A DNA stretch of 63,561 nt, counting the filler, from Asterionella formosa (taxonomy: Eukaryota), in the NCBI GenBank assembly GCA_002256025.1. It is 10 parts of 10 records of this genome, joined end to end, with 100 filler letters (N's around TTAATTAATTAA, not from the genome) between each part and the next. Parts side by side here need not be neighbours in the genome. Positions count along the whole stretch, not along the records: positions 1 to 25,222 come from NKIB01002032.1; 9 more parts are not named here. One strand, 5' to 3'. Below the pieces are notes generated by a model. The model saw nothing but the letters and a program-made list of their open reading frames with translations. It was not told the DNA's origin and ran no database searches. The position numbers and the translations under genes are program-made. Positions 1 through 10,365 of this stretch are shown piece by piece; within the stretch, counting starts at the first letter, position 1; the number at the start of each line of letters is the position of its first letter.

Positions 1-44
1 AGTATTTCAAATAATTATGTGAAGTATTTCAAATAATTATGTGA
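1..44. repeat. 22-bp perfect tandem duplication (AGTATTTCAAATAATTATGTGA x2) in AT-rich degenerate repeat DNA
   Basis: Positions 1-22 are identical to 23-44. Confidence 0.9.
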
Positions 45-1236
45 AGGTGATCACATAATATAGTGATGATCAGGAATGCATGCATGATACTTTGATCAAA
101 TATTTAACGTGATGTATTCAGATAATATATAGACATGTTCAACTACGTATTTTGATGTATTCAACTAATTCATGTGATGCATTCAAAATCAACTAGGCTT
201 ATTTACGTGATGGTCACTTCACGTAATACGCGGCTTAGATGCTGGGCATGATGGATGATGATCGGCATGGTGAAAGGTGAATTGCCGGAGTCAGATTAAA
301 GGCAATGAACAAAAAAGAGGTGAATACTACTACATAAGTTTTAATCAAATCTGTAGAGTATATAAATTGGTTTCCTTAAGTAGACCCCTTGCCAATTTCG
401 GCAATCCTAGGACTGGAAAACCGAGGGGCAATTGGCACAAATTGTAATGCGAAAATGCGAACATAGGAAACATACAACATGTATTTCAATGATGGGCAAT
501 ATTGGACCCATAGCAAATTTCGATGTGAAGAATTTTTGGGGGCACCAAGTAGACCCTGTAGGTCTAGTATTAGCATAAACCCAAACCTACTATGGTATAT
601 AATATATTGCTCCTGGATTAGCATGTTAGTATGATCACATCCACCATGTTGTTATTATTCTATTGGCTTTCCTCAACAATGGAACATCCCCCTCCTGTGC
701 TGCTTCAAATAGCTTTCTCTCCTTCATGAGTAGCGCTACTACTAAACACCAGGAGCAGCACGGGATGACACAGTTTGCTTTTTGTATAAACTTTTTGCAT
801 TGGGCACGGAGATCCACGCCTACAGCATGACCAATGGTTTCACACTCTTGAGCTTGATAGTGGGCAAGTTGGAGTTGAAACTGTACAGAAATGCCTCAAA
901 TAAGATCATATAGTAGTTGCAATGAAGATACAACAACGATTTCACACCCATCGCTGTGCAATGGACTTCGATTTCATGTTTGTCTTGAATGAATGCAACA
1001 ATGACAACAACGAGATCGCGGATGCATGTGTACATAAACTTTATTCATATGTGTGTTATTTATATAGAACATTTTACTTAAGCTTAAAAAAATGTTGTAA
1101 TGGCAGCCAGAATTATTTTGTACCGGTAGGTACGATGGCTACCCAACTTTGTTTCATGATGCATCCAGCCATTTACGAAATACATCTTAAATGATGAGCT
1201 ATAGCGAGCTAAAATTGACATTTACGCTCAATTGGT

Positions 1237-1286
1237 GGGCAGTAGGTAAGCGAATGGCGTGACGATTGCTAGTTTGTGAATTGCCT
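1237..1286 (-). mobile_element. Putative DNA-transposon terminus, inverted relative to the copy at 7372-7421
   Basis: 1268-1286 GCTAGTTTGTGAATTGCCT is the exact reverse complement of 7372-7390. Ungapped weaker similarity continues outward to GGGCAGT/ACTGCCC. Confidence 0.5.
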
Positions 1287-1574
1287 CAACAATCACACCC
1301 TTCTCGGTGTCTACATGCCTTCTCGTACACATGTGTGCTCGCAGGCATGAGACCACCTCGGGCGTGTATTGCCCTCAGCAACAGCAGCCTTCCTTCCGGT
1401 GCGAACTCGTTCAGTGAACAAATATCTTGATCGTAAATTGGTCATCTCTACTGTTCTCGACATTTCCATTGTTGGCTCCTTGATTGAGGTTGGTCATCCA
1501 GGTAGTAAGCAATCAAATCATCACATTGTTGCTGGGCCAGATAACAATTCTCTCTATTTGAAAGCAAAAATAAA

Positions 1575-2786
1575 ATGATAAGACGCTGTGTGTGTTTGCG
1601 ACCACAATCGCCTCGTCAACGACAACGACGGCTGATTCGTTTTGTATCCCTTTCCTCGTCGGTAGAAAAGAAAGCCCCACCAGTGATCACTACCTTGCTG
1701 GGATACGATCTGCTACATCCAGAGTGCAACGTCACGCCCAACATCGCCTCTCGCGTCGGAATCAACTTGCATAAACAAGAGCGTCATCCATTACATACTA
1801 TTAAACAGATTATTCAAGAATATTGGAACGAACAATCACATGTCCACTTTACCATCATTGATGATTTATCACCTATAGTAGCAGCTCAGGAAAATTTTGA
1901 CTCCCTGCTTATCCCGCCCGATCACACAAGTCGGTCCAAATCAGACACTTACTATTTGACGAAGGATACTGTCCTTCGGACGCACACGAGCGCCCATCAA
2001 GCGGCGTTGCTTGGCAGCGGCCTTCACCAGTTTCTAGTCACTGGCGATGTCTATCGAAGGGACGAGATTGACTCGTCACACTACCCAGTATTTCACCAGA
2101 TGGAAGGAGTTAAAATGTTCACCGACAAAGAACTACCAACCGATCCAGTAGAACAGATCAAGGCTCTGGAAGCCGATTTGAAAGGAGGACTGGAAGGCAT
2201 GACAAAAGCACTCTTTGGTGATGTCGAAATGAGATGGGTCGATACCTACTTCCCATTTACAGAACCATCCTTTGAGCTAGAAATTTACTTTCGTAATGAG
2301 TGGCTCGAAGTTCTTGGGTGCGGTATTATTCAACAAGAAATTGTCGACAATGCAGGACGTGGTGAGAAAGGATGGGCCTTTGGATTGGGCCTGGAAAGAT
2401 TGGCCATGGTATTATTTTCGATTCCAGACATTAGATTGTTCTGGTCGTCTGATGCTCGATTTCATGACCAATTTCAATGTGGAAGAATAATTACGTTTCA
2501 ACCATATAGCAAGTATCCAGCTTGCTGTAAGGACATTTCATTTTGGACGACAGAATCATTTCACCCAAACGACTTGAATGAGCTTGTTCGTGATGTAGTT
2601 GGAGATCTGGCCGAGCGTGTGGAACTCATTGATTCTTTCACTCACCCTAAGACGCAACGAGTAAGCAACTGCTTCCGAATCTACTATCGGTCCATGGATC
2701 GTTCACTAACAAATATGGAGATTGACTCTCTACAGGAACGTGTCCGTGAAAACGTTGCTTTGAAATTAGGAGTAGAAATTCGATAA
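1575..2786 (+). CDS. FARS2: Organellar (mitochondrial-type, monomeric) phenylalanyl-tRNA synthetase
   Basis: 403-aa intronless ORF. Class II motifs LRTHTSAHQ, GDVYRRDEIDSSHYPVFHQMEG, YFPFTEPSFE, WAFGLGLERLAM. C-terminal FDX-ACB domain (KDISFW...YRSMDRSLT). Arg/Ser-rich N-terminal presequence. Confidence 0.96.
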   Translation: MIRRCVCLRPQSPRQRQRRLIRFVSLSSSVEKKAPPVITTLLGYDLLHPECNVTPNIASRVGINLHKQERHPLHTIKQIIQEYWNEQSHVHFTIIDDLSPIVAAQENFDSLLIPPDHTSRSKSDTYYLTKDTVLRTHTSAHQAALLGSGLHQFLVTGDVYRRDEIDSSHYPVFHQMEGVKMFTDKELPTDPVEQIKALEADLKGGLEGMTKALFGDVEMRWVDTYFPFTEPSFELEIYFRNEWLEVLGCGIIQQEIVDNAGRGEKGWAFGLGLERLAMVLFSIPDIRLFWSSDARFHDQFQCGRIITFQPYSKYPACCKDISFWTTESFHPNDLNELVRDVVGDLAERVELIDSFTHPKTQRVSNCFRIYYRSMDRSLTNMEIDSLQERVRENVALKLGVEIR

Positions 2787-3069
2787 AAAGCTTACAGAGG
2801 AATGACCCTTTTGAAATTTAGCAAGTATTCACAGTCGCTATGCTATGGCTGGAATCGTTCTCAGAGTATATTCTGTCGCCATCTTTGCCCTAGTACTATT
2901 GTTCAACTTTTAAGTTAAAGAATCTTATTCAACATGCAACAACAATTTCTGTATCCAGGCACCTGTGGTTACGTGAGCTGGCAATCAGTAATGCTTACCA
3001 TAAAATTTGGTTTCCCATCCTTGTCCTTCAGTGACAGGTTTCGGTATGTGCCTTTGTCCCATGTACACA

Positions 3070-3330
3070 TCTACTGGTATTCAACTCCCTTGCCAGCAAT
3101 TTCTGTATGTCATTTTTGGGGTCTACATCACCTCATCTCAAAGCATGACCCCATTTTATTGAATCATGCATGACTCATTCAGGGAGTCTGAACACAAGGA
3201 AATCAGATGGTGAAGACTGGTGTTATTGTCTATGACTAGGCCAATGTATCATGCAGATTGGTAAGTGAGTATTGGTTATTAAAGTTTGTGGGATATTACC
3301 AAATTCGCACAAAAGTGTCTGTACTTGTAC
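3070..3330 (-). pseudogene. Degenerate DDE transposase fragment
   Basis: Minus-strand translation with stops and shifts gives LVIDNNTSLHHLISLCSDSLNESCMIQ ... K*HTEIAGKGVEY. This resembles the recalled '...CxDFxxE..LQ...PKCHxELAGEGIEY' motif of IS630/Tc1-like transposases common in diatoms. Confidence 0.5.
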
Positions 3331-3985
3331 AACAGGTTTCTCAGACTTGAAAGAGAAGTCAAGCTTAACCAGAAAGGAGTCCAGCTTATTAAAAATAGTA
3401 TAAATATGGATATATATATATACTCAGCAGCTTAGCTCAGTACTGGGATTGGATTGTAGGATCACAGTGAATTTAAGAGACTGGTGGTGGTAGATAGATA
3501 CGGATCTATTGGTATTTCCAACTAAAGTGTGCATATAAATGAAATAACTTTCACACAAGTAAAGATTGACTCCTGTTCATCACTTCATAGACTCAAAGAT
3601 TGATTCATGTTAGGGAACATCTAGGATCATGACTGGGTTGATTTCTCTATCAAAGATTCATTTAACTTGTCTGTACCAATTCTCAATGGAATTTTGAGAC
3701 TTCAATGTATCTACTGTAACTTATTCCGCTAATCCCTCTGGTTGAAAATATGGTGTGTAGTTGCATCAATTCACAGTAACTCAAGTGCCAAGCAGCTTAT
3801 TTTTAGGACGGACTATGTAGAAAACATACCATTTTTCGATATGAAATGCGTTTTTAATGAGTTACATATGTTTACATATTGTAACACATATACCAGTAGT
3901 TTACCTTGTGGTTTCTGTAAGTTACCATAATGCTAATCTTACTGACACACTTGTCGCCTGAATCATCTCGTGTAGAAAATGCATA

Positions 3986-4031
3986 TTGCTGAAGGTAATA
4001 CACGACCGAGGGTGGAGACTGCCTGCAAGTA
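3986..4031 (+). repeat. ~46-bp direct repeat, copy 1 (copy 2 at 7162-7210)
   Basis: TTGCTGAAGGTAATACACGACCGAGGGTGGAGACTGCCTGCAAGTA versus TTGCTGAAGATAATACACTACTACCGAGGGTGGAGACTGCCTGCGAGTA. Weaker similarity also between ~3820-3925 and ~6795-6890. Confidence 0.85.
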
Positions 4032-4421
4032 GGCTCAACTGCGATTGCGATAGACAGGCATCTTTGGCATGTCAATGTGTAAAGTGTAATAGTTCACAAA
4101 AGGGAGAATATATTCTACCACCAGGCCATTGGGTTACCATGAAGCTGCATTACAAATTGTTATTTGAGAGGCAAGTTATATCAATGACATGGGCTGGATT
4201 CATACATCATAACAAAGACAGGATGGGAAACCCACGGAATATTCGAAATGGCTGGTGGACTGGTGGGCTCGACATCAAATGAAGGGGAGTCAAAAGATAA
4301 CACTGTAAGTTGGAGTTCGATTTTTAGTTAGTTTAATTGTACTTAAAAATTAATTGTGAGTCATGATGGAAAGGCTGTTGACTGCAAAGAATTCAGAATG
4401 TACTTGTGTTTTAAACAGACA

Positions 4422-5873
4422 TCACAATAAAGTGGAAGCCAATCCAATGAGCATACCTACTGAAATATCAAGCCAGTCATGATATCCATCATTGACTCGA
4501 CTATTTGCCACCAGGAGTGATACAGAAAGTGGAATAATAGTCAAGATTGTCATATTGTTTTCCATCAAGAATAATGACAAGTGAAGCATTGAGGTCAAAG
4601 CAAGGCATGTGTGTGCTGATGGCATAGATTGCTCGGCATCGAGTGGATCATGTGCTACCAAATCAATAAAATTTGGACGCTGTTTGCGATAAATAAGCTT
4701 GATGAAGTCACATACACCCCCCACCACTCCAATTTTTGTAAACAACTTGCAGTAGCTTCTCAATATTGCTGTAAGGGTATCACCAATGACAGCAATACAT
4801 AGAATTGGTGTTACTCCACTTATAACAAGTAATTTGAACTTTGAAACTTTTTCAGGGGGGCGATTGTTTTGTTCTTCTTGATTGGCGTTCGCGAACCTGA
4901 GGGGTAAAAGCCTTGCTATCACTTTGAAGAATATATTTCCAAAAAAACAGATCAATAAGCTGATCAGAATATCCCAGAGACAGACATGTTCAGCAACGTC
5001 TTCCTCATATCTCGAGTTGATGAACCCAAGAATGACTTTCGGTTGCTTCTTGATTTTGGCCTTGTTTTCGAGCACATCAGGTTCACCAGCAAGCATCAGT
5101 GAGCATGGCTCATAGTTTGTCATGTTATCCATGACAGCCAAGGTGCAGCTGTCAGCAAGTAAATGACAGGCCTCTTTAAGGTGGTAGCGACCATCGTGAG
5201 GCACTTCATCAAAGCAATATATGATGGTGACTGAGTCAAAGAGTTCAGGAGGAAGATTAGTCTCTAGTGCGTTGCCAATGAGAACGTGTTGAGAACAAGA
5301 CTCATTAAATGCATGCTTCGGCTTGTCGACAAGAAACGTTGCAGGTTCCAAATCAGAACTGAGCAACTCGGCCATAGTAATCATCTCCTTTGAAGTATTG
5401 ACGCCAAGGACCACAGCTGAATCTTGAGAAGCTCCTTGCAATGCTTGAGTCGACATTCCAATGCCGCAACAAAGATCAAGCGCATTAGTCTTCCCAATGT
5501 TTTGACGATGTCCCTTGGCAAAAGTGATGCTGACATTCTCTCCGCAAGAGGCAGAAAGGGTTTCTAATGGAGCAGGGGCAGCGTGGATGGCCCCAAGCAA
5601 ACCTGTTTCTCCGAACGCGTGAATCCTGGGATGGTAACAGTATTTGGGTGGACCCTGGAGGCCCTTCGATGTCGTCCTGGGAGCTGTTGCGAGGCTACCA
5701 GTGTCTACGGTTTTGGCAACCGATACTCCAGCGGCCAAAAAAAGCACCTTGATTGACTGCTTCACCCTTCTCTCGACTGTTTGTTTGAAGGCTGGTGAGG
5801 ACATCTCTTGGTTGACGTTGTAGCCAGAGACGAAGATAAGAAGGAGAATACGGACAATGACTCTAGAGGACAT
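4422..5873 (-). CDS. Chimeric protein: signal-like N-terminus + class I SAM-dependent methyltransferase + PAP2 lipid-phosphate phosphatase domain
   Basis: Uninterrupted ORF from ATG 5873. MTase motif I LDLCCGIG, post-I VLGVNTSKEMI, motif II GNALETNLP..FDSVT. After ~4973, hydrophobic helices with PAP2 C1 KLIYRKQRP, C2 PSAH and C3 SRVNDGYHDWLD. Confidence 0.7.
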   Translation of the reverse strand: MSSRVIVRILLLIFVSGYNVNQEMSSPAFKQTVERRVKQSIKVLFLAAGVSVAKTVDTGSLATAPRTTSKGLQGPPKYCYHPRIHAFGETGLLGAIHAAPAPLETLSASCGENVSITFAKGHRQNIGKTNALDLCCGIGMSTQALQGASQDSAVVLGVNTSKEMITMAELLSSDLEPATFLVDKPKHAFNESCSQHVLIGNALETNLPPELFDSVTIIYCFDEVPHDGRYHLKEACHLLADSCTLAVMDNMTNYEPCSLMLAGEPDVLENKAKIKKQPKVILGFINSRYEEDVAEHVCLWDILISLLICFFGNIFFKVIARLLPLRFANANQEEQNNRPPEKVSKFKLLVISGVTPILCIAVIGDTLTAILRSYCKLFTKIGVVGGVCDFIKLIYRKQRPNFIDLVAHDPLDAEQSMPSAHTCLALTSMLHLSLFLMENNMTILTIIPLSVSLLVANSRVNDGYHDWLDISVGMLIGLASTLL

Positions 5874-7210
5874 CCTCCTTCTCAAATTTTGCAATCGATC
5901 GAATGATTATCATGGAGGAGACCACAACCAGATTCGAGAGCTCGACGGAGAGCTCCTTCATCACACTTGTTACATTACCTTCATTGCTCCTTAATAAGAA
6001 GGAAAAAGCTACTTGATCGAGTTCTTGCCGGAGACCTCGCGAACGGTAAAACGATAGACATTTGCATCGAAGAATTTTTAAATTCCTAATTCTACATTTA
6101 GGGCCTGCATTGAAGTTCAAATCTTTGTATCAATCTACTCAGTGTAAGTGTCCGCTCGGCCTGTTGTTACCATGACGCAGCGAAATCGCTGCCATTCGTT
6201 AATCGTAAACAAGAGCAAACACCTCTGCATTTGAGAAGGACGCCGATTCATCATCATCGATGAAGCACCGAATTTTGAGTGTTAACACGATAAGGAGGCT
6301 CACAATTGGATGTACATTTTAGTCCTGGCCTGACCCATGGAAACGACAAAACAATGAGGTGCTATCATACCTCACAACGTTTTTCAATCCTGTGCGATAC
6401 CAATGCAGCTTTCAACACTCTATGATGAATGTGAGATGAAGATACAAAGACAAACCATTTATCATTCTCAACAATGTTGTTTTGCATTTCCATTTCCGCC
6501 AAGCGTTGAGGAAAGACAATAAGGTAATTTTATGGCACATGACCGAGCTGAGATTTAAAAGCTCGCGCCAGCCCAGTTTACCAAAAAACTGTGTTTAAAA
6601 TCGTGCAACGGCAAAACATATTTGGGGTCGTACAGTACAGGTATTGTCTGATCATTGTATAAAATATTAGCTATAGTTCATCAAGAGCCCGGGAGCAGGG
6701 TACGTACCAGGTACTCCCTCTGTCTTGTAACAGTTCATCGATTCGCCGGCACCACCAGTGTCTTTATTGTTCGCATGTGGAGGATTATGTAGTCAACATA
6801 CCAAATGTTACGTATAGGCCGGCTTACTCGAAAAATGCGTTATATATTAGTTACATATAAGTGAACATATATACTCGGTTTCTGTAATTAAATTATTAGC
6901 TTTGAAATAAATTAATCGAAACCAATTTAACATACGCATATCCATTGCACATAGATGTACATTTCGCCAAATCCTGTTTCACATCGGCCGGCCAGTCAAA
7001 TATTTGCGGGAAACCAAATATAACAAGCCACTATCATAATTATAACAATTGAGTAGAACGATTATCGTTCGTCATACTTTCTAGGGTTGTTGCACCTACA
7101 TGGACCATGCCACCGGATGTTTAACGGTTACAATCCTCAAAACGAGCATACCATCGTTTTCTTGCTGAAGATAATACACTACTACCGAGGGTGGAGACTG
7201 CCTGCGAGTA

Positions 7211-7335
7211 TTCTTGTGTTCGAGGCTTTGGAGGTGCGAGTAGGTTGACCGAACGAATGGCGCCCCCAGCGCCGGGGGCTGCGAGAAGGTCAACCTACTC
7301 GCGCCTCCCAAGCCGATTACACAAGATTACGAGTA
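7211..7335. mobile_element. GC-rich palindromic (hairpin/MITE-like) insertion with 6-bp CGAGTA direct repeat
   Basis: Arms TCTTGTG..GGCTTTGGAGGTGCGAGTAGGTTGACC and GGTCAACCTACTCGCGCCTCCCAAGCC..CACAAGA, with an inner stem GCCCCC/GGGGGC. CGAGTA occurs at 7205-7210 and 7330-7335. Confidence 0.65.
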
Positions 7336-7371
7336 GGTAGACTCCTCCCGAGTAGGGTACCGGTATTACCT

Positions 7372-9600
7372 AGGCAATTCACAAACTAGCTATTGGCGCG
7401 CTTTTCGCCACTACACTGCCCTTTCAGTTAACATTGATAACCTATTTTATATAGTTTGTATGTTGGATGCGAACTAGCCAATTGCCTATCATATGAAACA
7501 TATTTTGTAGATTTCATATGTACAGTTTTTGGATTACCGGTACTCAATCCTGCAATTGCCCATCATATAAAACATATTTTGTGTATTTCATATGCTCCGT
7601 TTTTCGACTGCCAAACTACCTTCAATATTTTCAATAGCCCCAAGATTTTATTGCCGAAATCGACTGCCGTTTATTTAGGGGAAAATGATTACTGATATCT
7701 TGAGCCCCTCAATTGACTGCCGTTTACTTAAGGAAAATCGACTGCCGAAATTGGACGAGAGTACTAGGAGGAGCTACGCACATGAAGGCACGAAATGATG
7801 GTTTTCTTTAAAGTGTCAACGGCAATTCCACTATTTACATCCCTGCTACCGTATCTTCCAGCATGCTTCGATGTATACAAAATCTGGTCATTGATGTCTC
7901 AAGTACTGACTCTTCATCAAATGGATCTGGCTGGTTGTTGGATAATTCGATTTCTTATGGGATTCATATCATTGCATCGCGCTTGCTTCGTCACAGTGGC
8001 GCCAAAATTTCGGTTCCCCGTTCTGTTGATTTCCGATAGCCTTTCCGATCAACTCCTTCGCTAGATTTGAAATTTAGTGATAAATAAATTAATGATTGTT
8101 CAAAAGCGACATCAATCAGTCGTTGAGTATCAAAACTCAAAACGTTATGGTAGGTCAAAGTTAGGCTTCCATCTCGTCATTGAACCGGTATTTTCGTCAG
8201 ATATGATCAGCCGTTAAATTTCAACTATATTTTTGTAGTATGTTTTCTACGTGTTCTACACTATCTCAAATCAGATCTCGGCAGCAAGTTTTAGTGCTCA
8301 CGTGTTGGCTTTTTTCCGCTGCCCTACAATAGCATTGTTTCATTGCTTTCTAATCACAATATTACTTTTGTTACTTCTGCATAATCTTCTACAATGACAA
8401 ACGAAAAGTCGTCAATCTCAATGAGCTATCGCAAACTCCGCAAAGCAGCCGGAACATGATGGAACTGGTGTTCTGCATTAACTCGTATTCAACAAGGAAG
8501 AGAGGACAGGTATGTGCTTGTTGATTGTTGTTGTCATAATTGAGTTCCCGCCATGGTCGAGTATACTAAATATGAAACGTATTTCTTCCTCTTCAGAACG
8601 TTGATAAAGGCTATTGTCATGTTACTCCTCCACTTCCTGATGATGCAACAAATCAGTATCCACTGGTCAAACCAGCTTGTCCAATGAGTTGAAATATGTT
8701 GCCAGTTTATTGTTTTTTACGAGGTATAATAAACACACACTACCATTATTCTTTTCCTGTTTCCCAACGCTAGCAAGCCACTTTTATCGAAACTCGCACG
8801 AAGATTGCAAAGTCTCCAGGTCGCAAACAATGTGGGCAACGTATCTTGCCAGCACCAACAACATATCACTCCATTGCTCCCTATCAACCTAATCAAAACT
8901 GTCCTCCTCAATTTTCTAATTCACAAACGTCCACATCAGCCAGTAAATTTTCGACGCATCCTGCTCCTCCTCCTGCCGGATACTGCCAGAATTCTGCACT
9001 GCCAGCACCAAGAAACCTCCGCTATCAAGCTGTTGCTCCTCCAACACCTCCACAACCACAAGTCCAAATCAATTCAGAAACCAGCATTGCCTCTTAATCC
9101 ATTCAGGCATTGGTTTCTGCTCCTCCAGGCCCGATCTGAAAAATTTTGAAATTTTGTCGCAACGACAAAAAAGTGTGAGTTGACAATTGTTAATGAATAT
9201 GCGTTGACAAAATTTCACACGATTTTTCCACTGACCCATTTTCTTTTTCACTTTTTACTCTACTCCCTGCTTGTCATTTTCACGTCTTACCTTTAGATTT
9301 CCGTTTCATAATTTGGTTGCTTAACAACATCGTGTCGAATTTTCGATGCTTGTTACAATCATTCTTGTGTGACTATTTTTCTTGCATATACCGGTACCGG
9401 TATATTCGGTGGTCCATACATTTTTGATGTGTCTAACCTTTTTTCCATGAAAATTCTACTCCTGACGTTGCTTGATGGTCCCTGCTGCTCAAACCTAAAA
9501 TTGAATGCCGAAAAATCCAATGTGCCCCGTATTGCCCCTAAATAAAAAAATTACTTAAAGATACCAAAATTTACTGTGACACCCTTAGTTCTCATCGAAA
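7372..9600 (+). mobile_element. Probable decayed DNA-transposon-like region (right end not found)
   Basis: Starts with the terminus shared with 1268-1286. Contains a ~42-bp repeat at 74-bp period (7479-7520, 7553-7594), repeated GACTGCC motifs (7605-7750) and broken, apparently spliced Pro-rich reading frames at 8390-9150. Confidence 0.35.
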
Positions 9601-10365
9601 AGCAAGACGATAGCTAGGGTGGGGATTGCTTACTTTCATAGAGCAGGTCGATTAAAAGAATTGTTGCAACTACCGGTACCAGCATACTGGCTGGAATAGA
9701 GGGAGTAAATTGAACCGGAGAAAATCGAAAGAATTGAAATTGCCCTGGAGAATCGCTTCGACTACCGGTATTTTCAACCATAGGGAGTACCATGGACATG
9801 CTCCAAATCGGTTCCATTCGCACTCTATACACGTGACAATGTTGAGCAGCCTACTGCATCTATAGTAGAAATAAACAAAATATATGTTCGGTACATCATA
9901 CCAGTACCTGGTACCAGAACATTACTATGACATCATTCGTTGCTTCATGTTGGCACAAGGTCGACACACGCTCGACCCACTCTCAAAAAGCAACGAGCAA
10001 TCTTTTTCTGTATGATGTGTTTACCCGGTATATTAGCTACATACTAATTACCAATAACATATTGGTTTGATCACAGATGGTGCATGACATAATTTAGGGC
10101 CAATTCAAATGCAAAAAATCTAAATACATGGCTGACCGGTATCGGTATGATACTTTGTCACCGGTAAGATCCACATCATAATTCGTCTTGCCGGTAACAT
10201 CAGGATTCTCACTCGCTCGTCTCGTCTCGTCAGACCCAAGATTCGTTCGGGACAAGTCCAAACTTTGTAATCACATAGTCACAAGAGGAACCGATTGTAT
10301 CTTCAAATATTGATGAGTGCGTTTGGTGGAGTCGCAAAGCAATTTAAATTGAATTGTGGAAAACC

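Noticed and set aside
635..1035. Ankyrin-like fragment (KLFEAAQEGDVPLLR)
   Set aside because: A single short motif in broken frames; not enough to support a call.
8390..9150. Pro/Gln-rich ORFs as a real gene
   Set aside because: Multiple stops and frame changes and no domain; treated as part of decayed repeat DNA.
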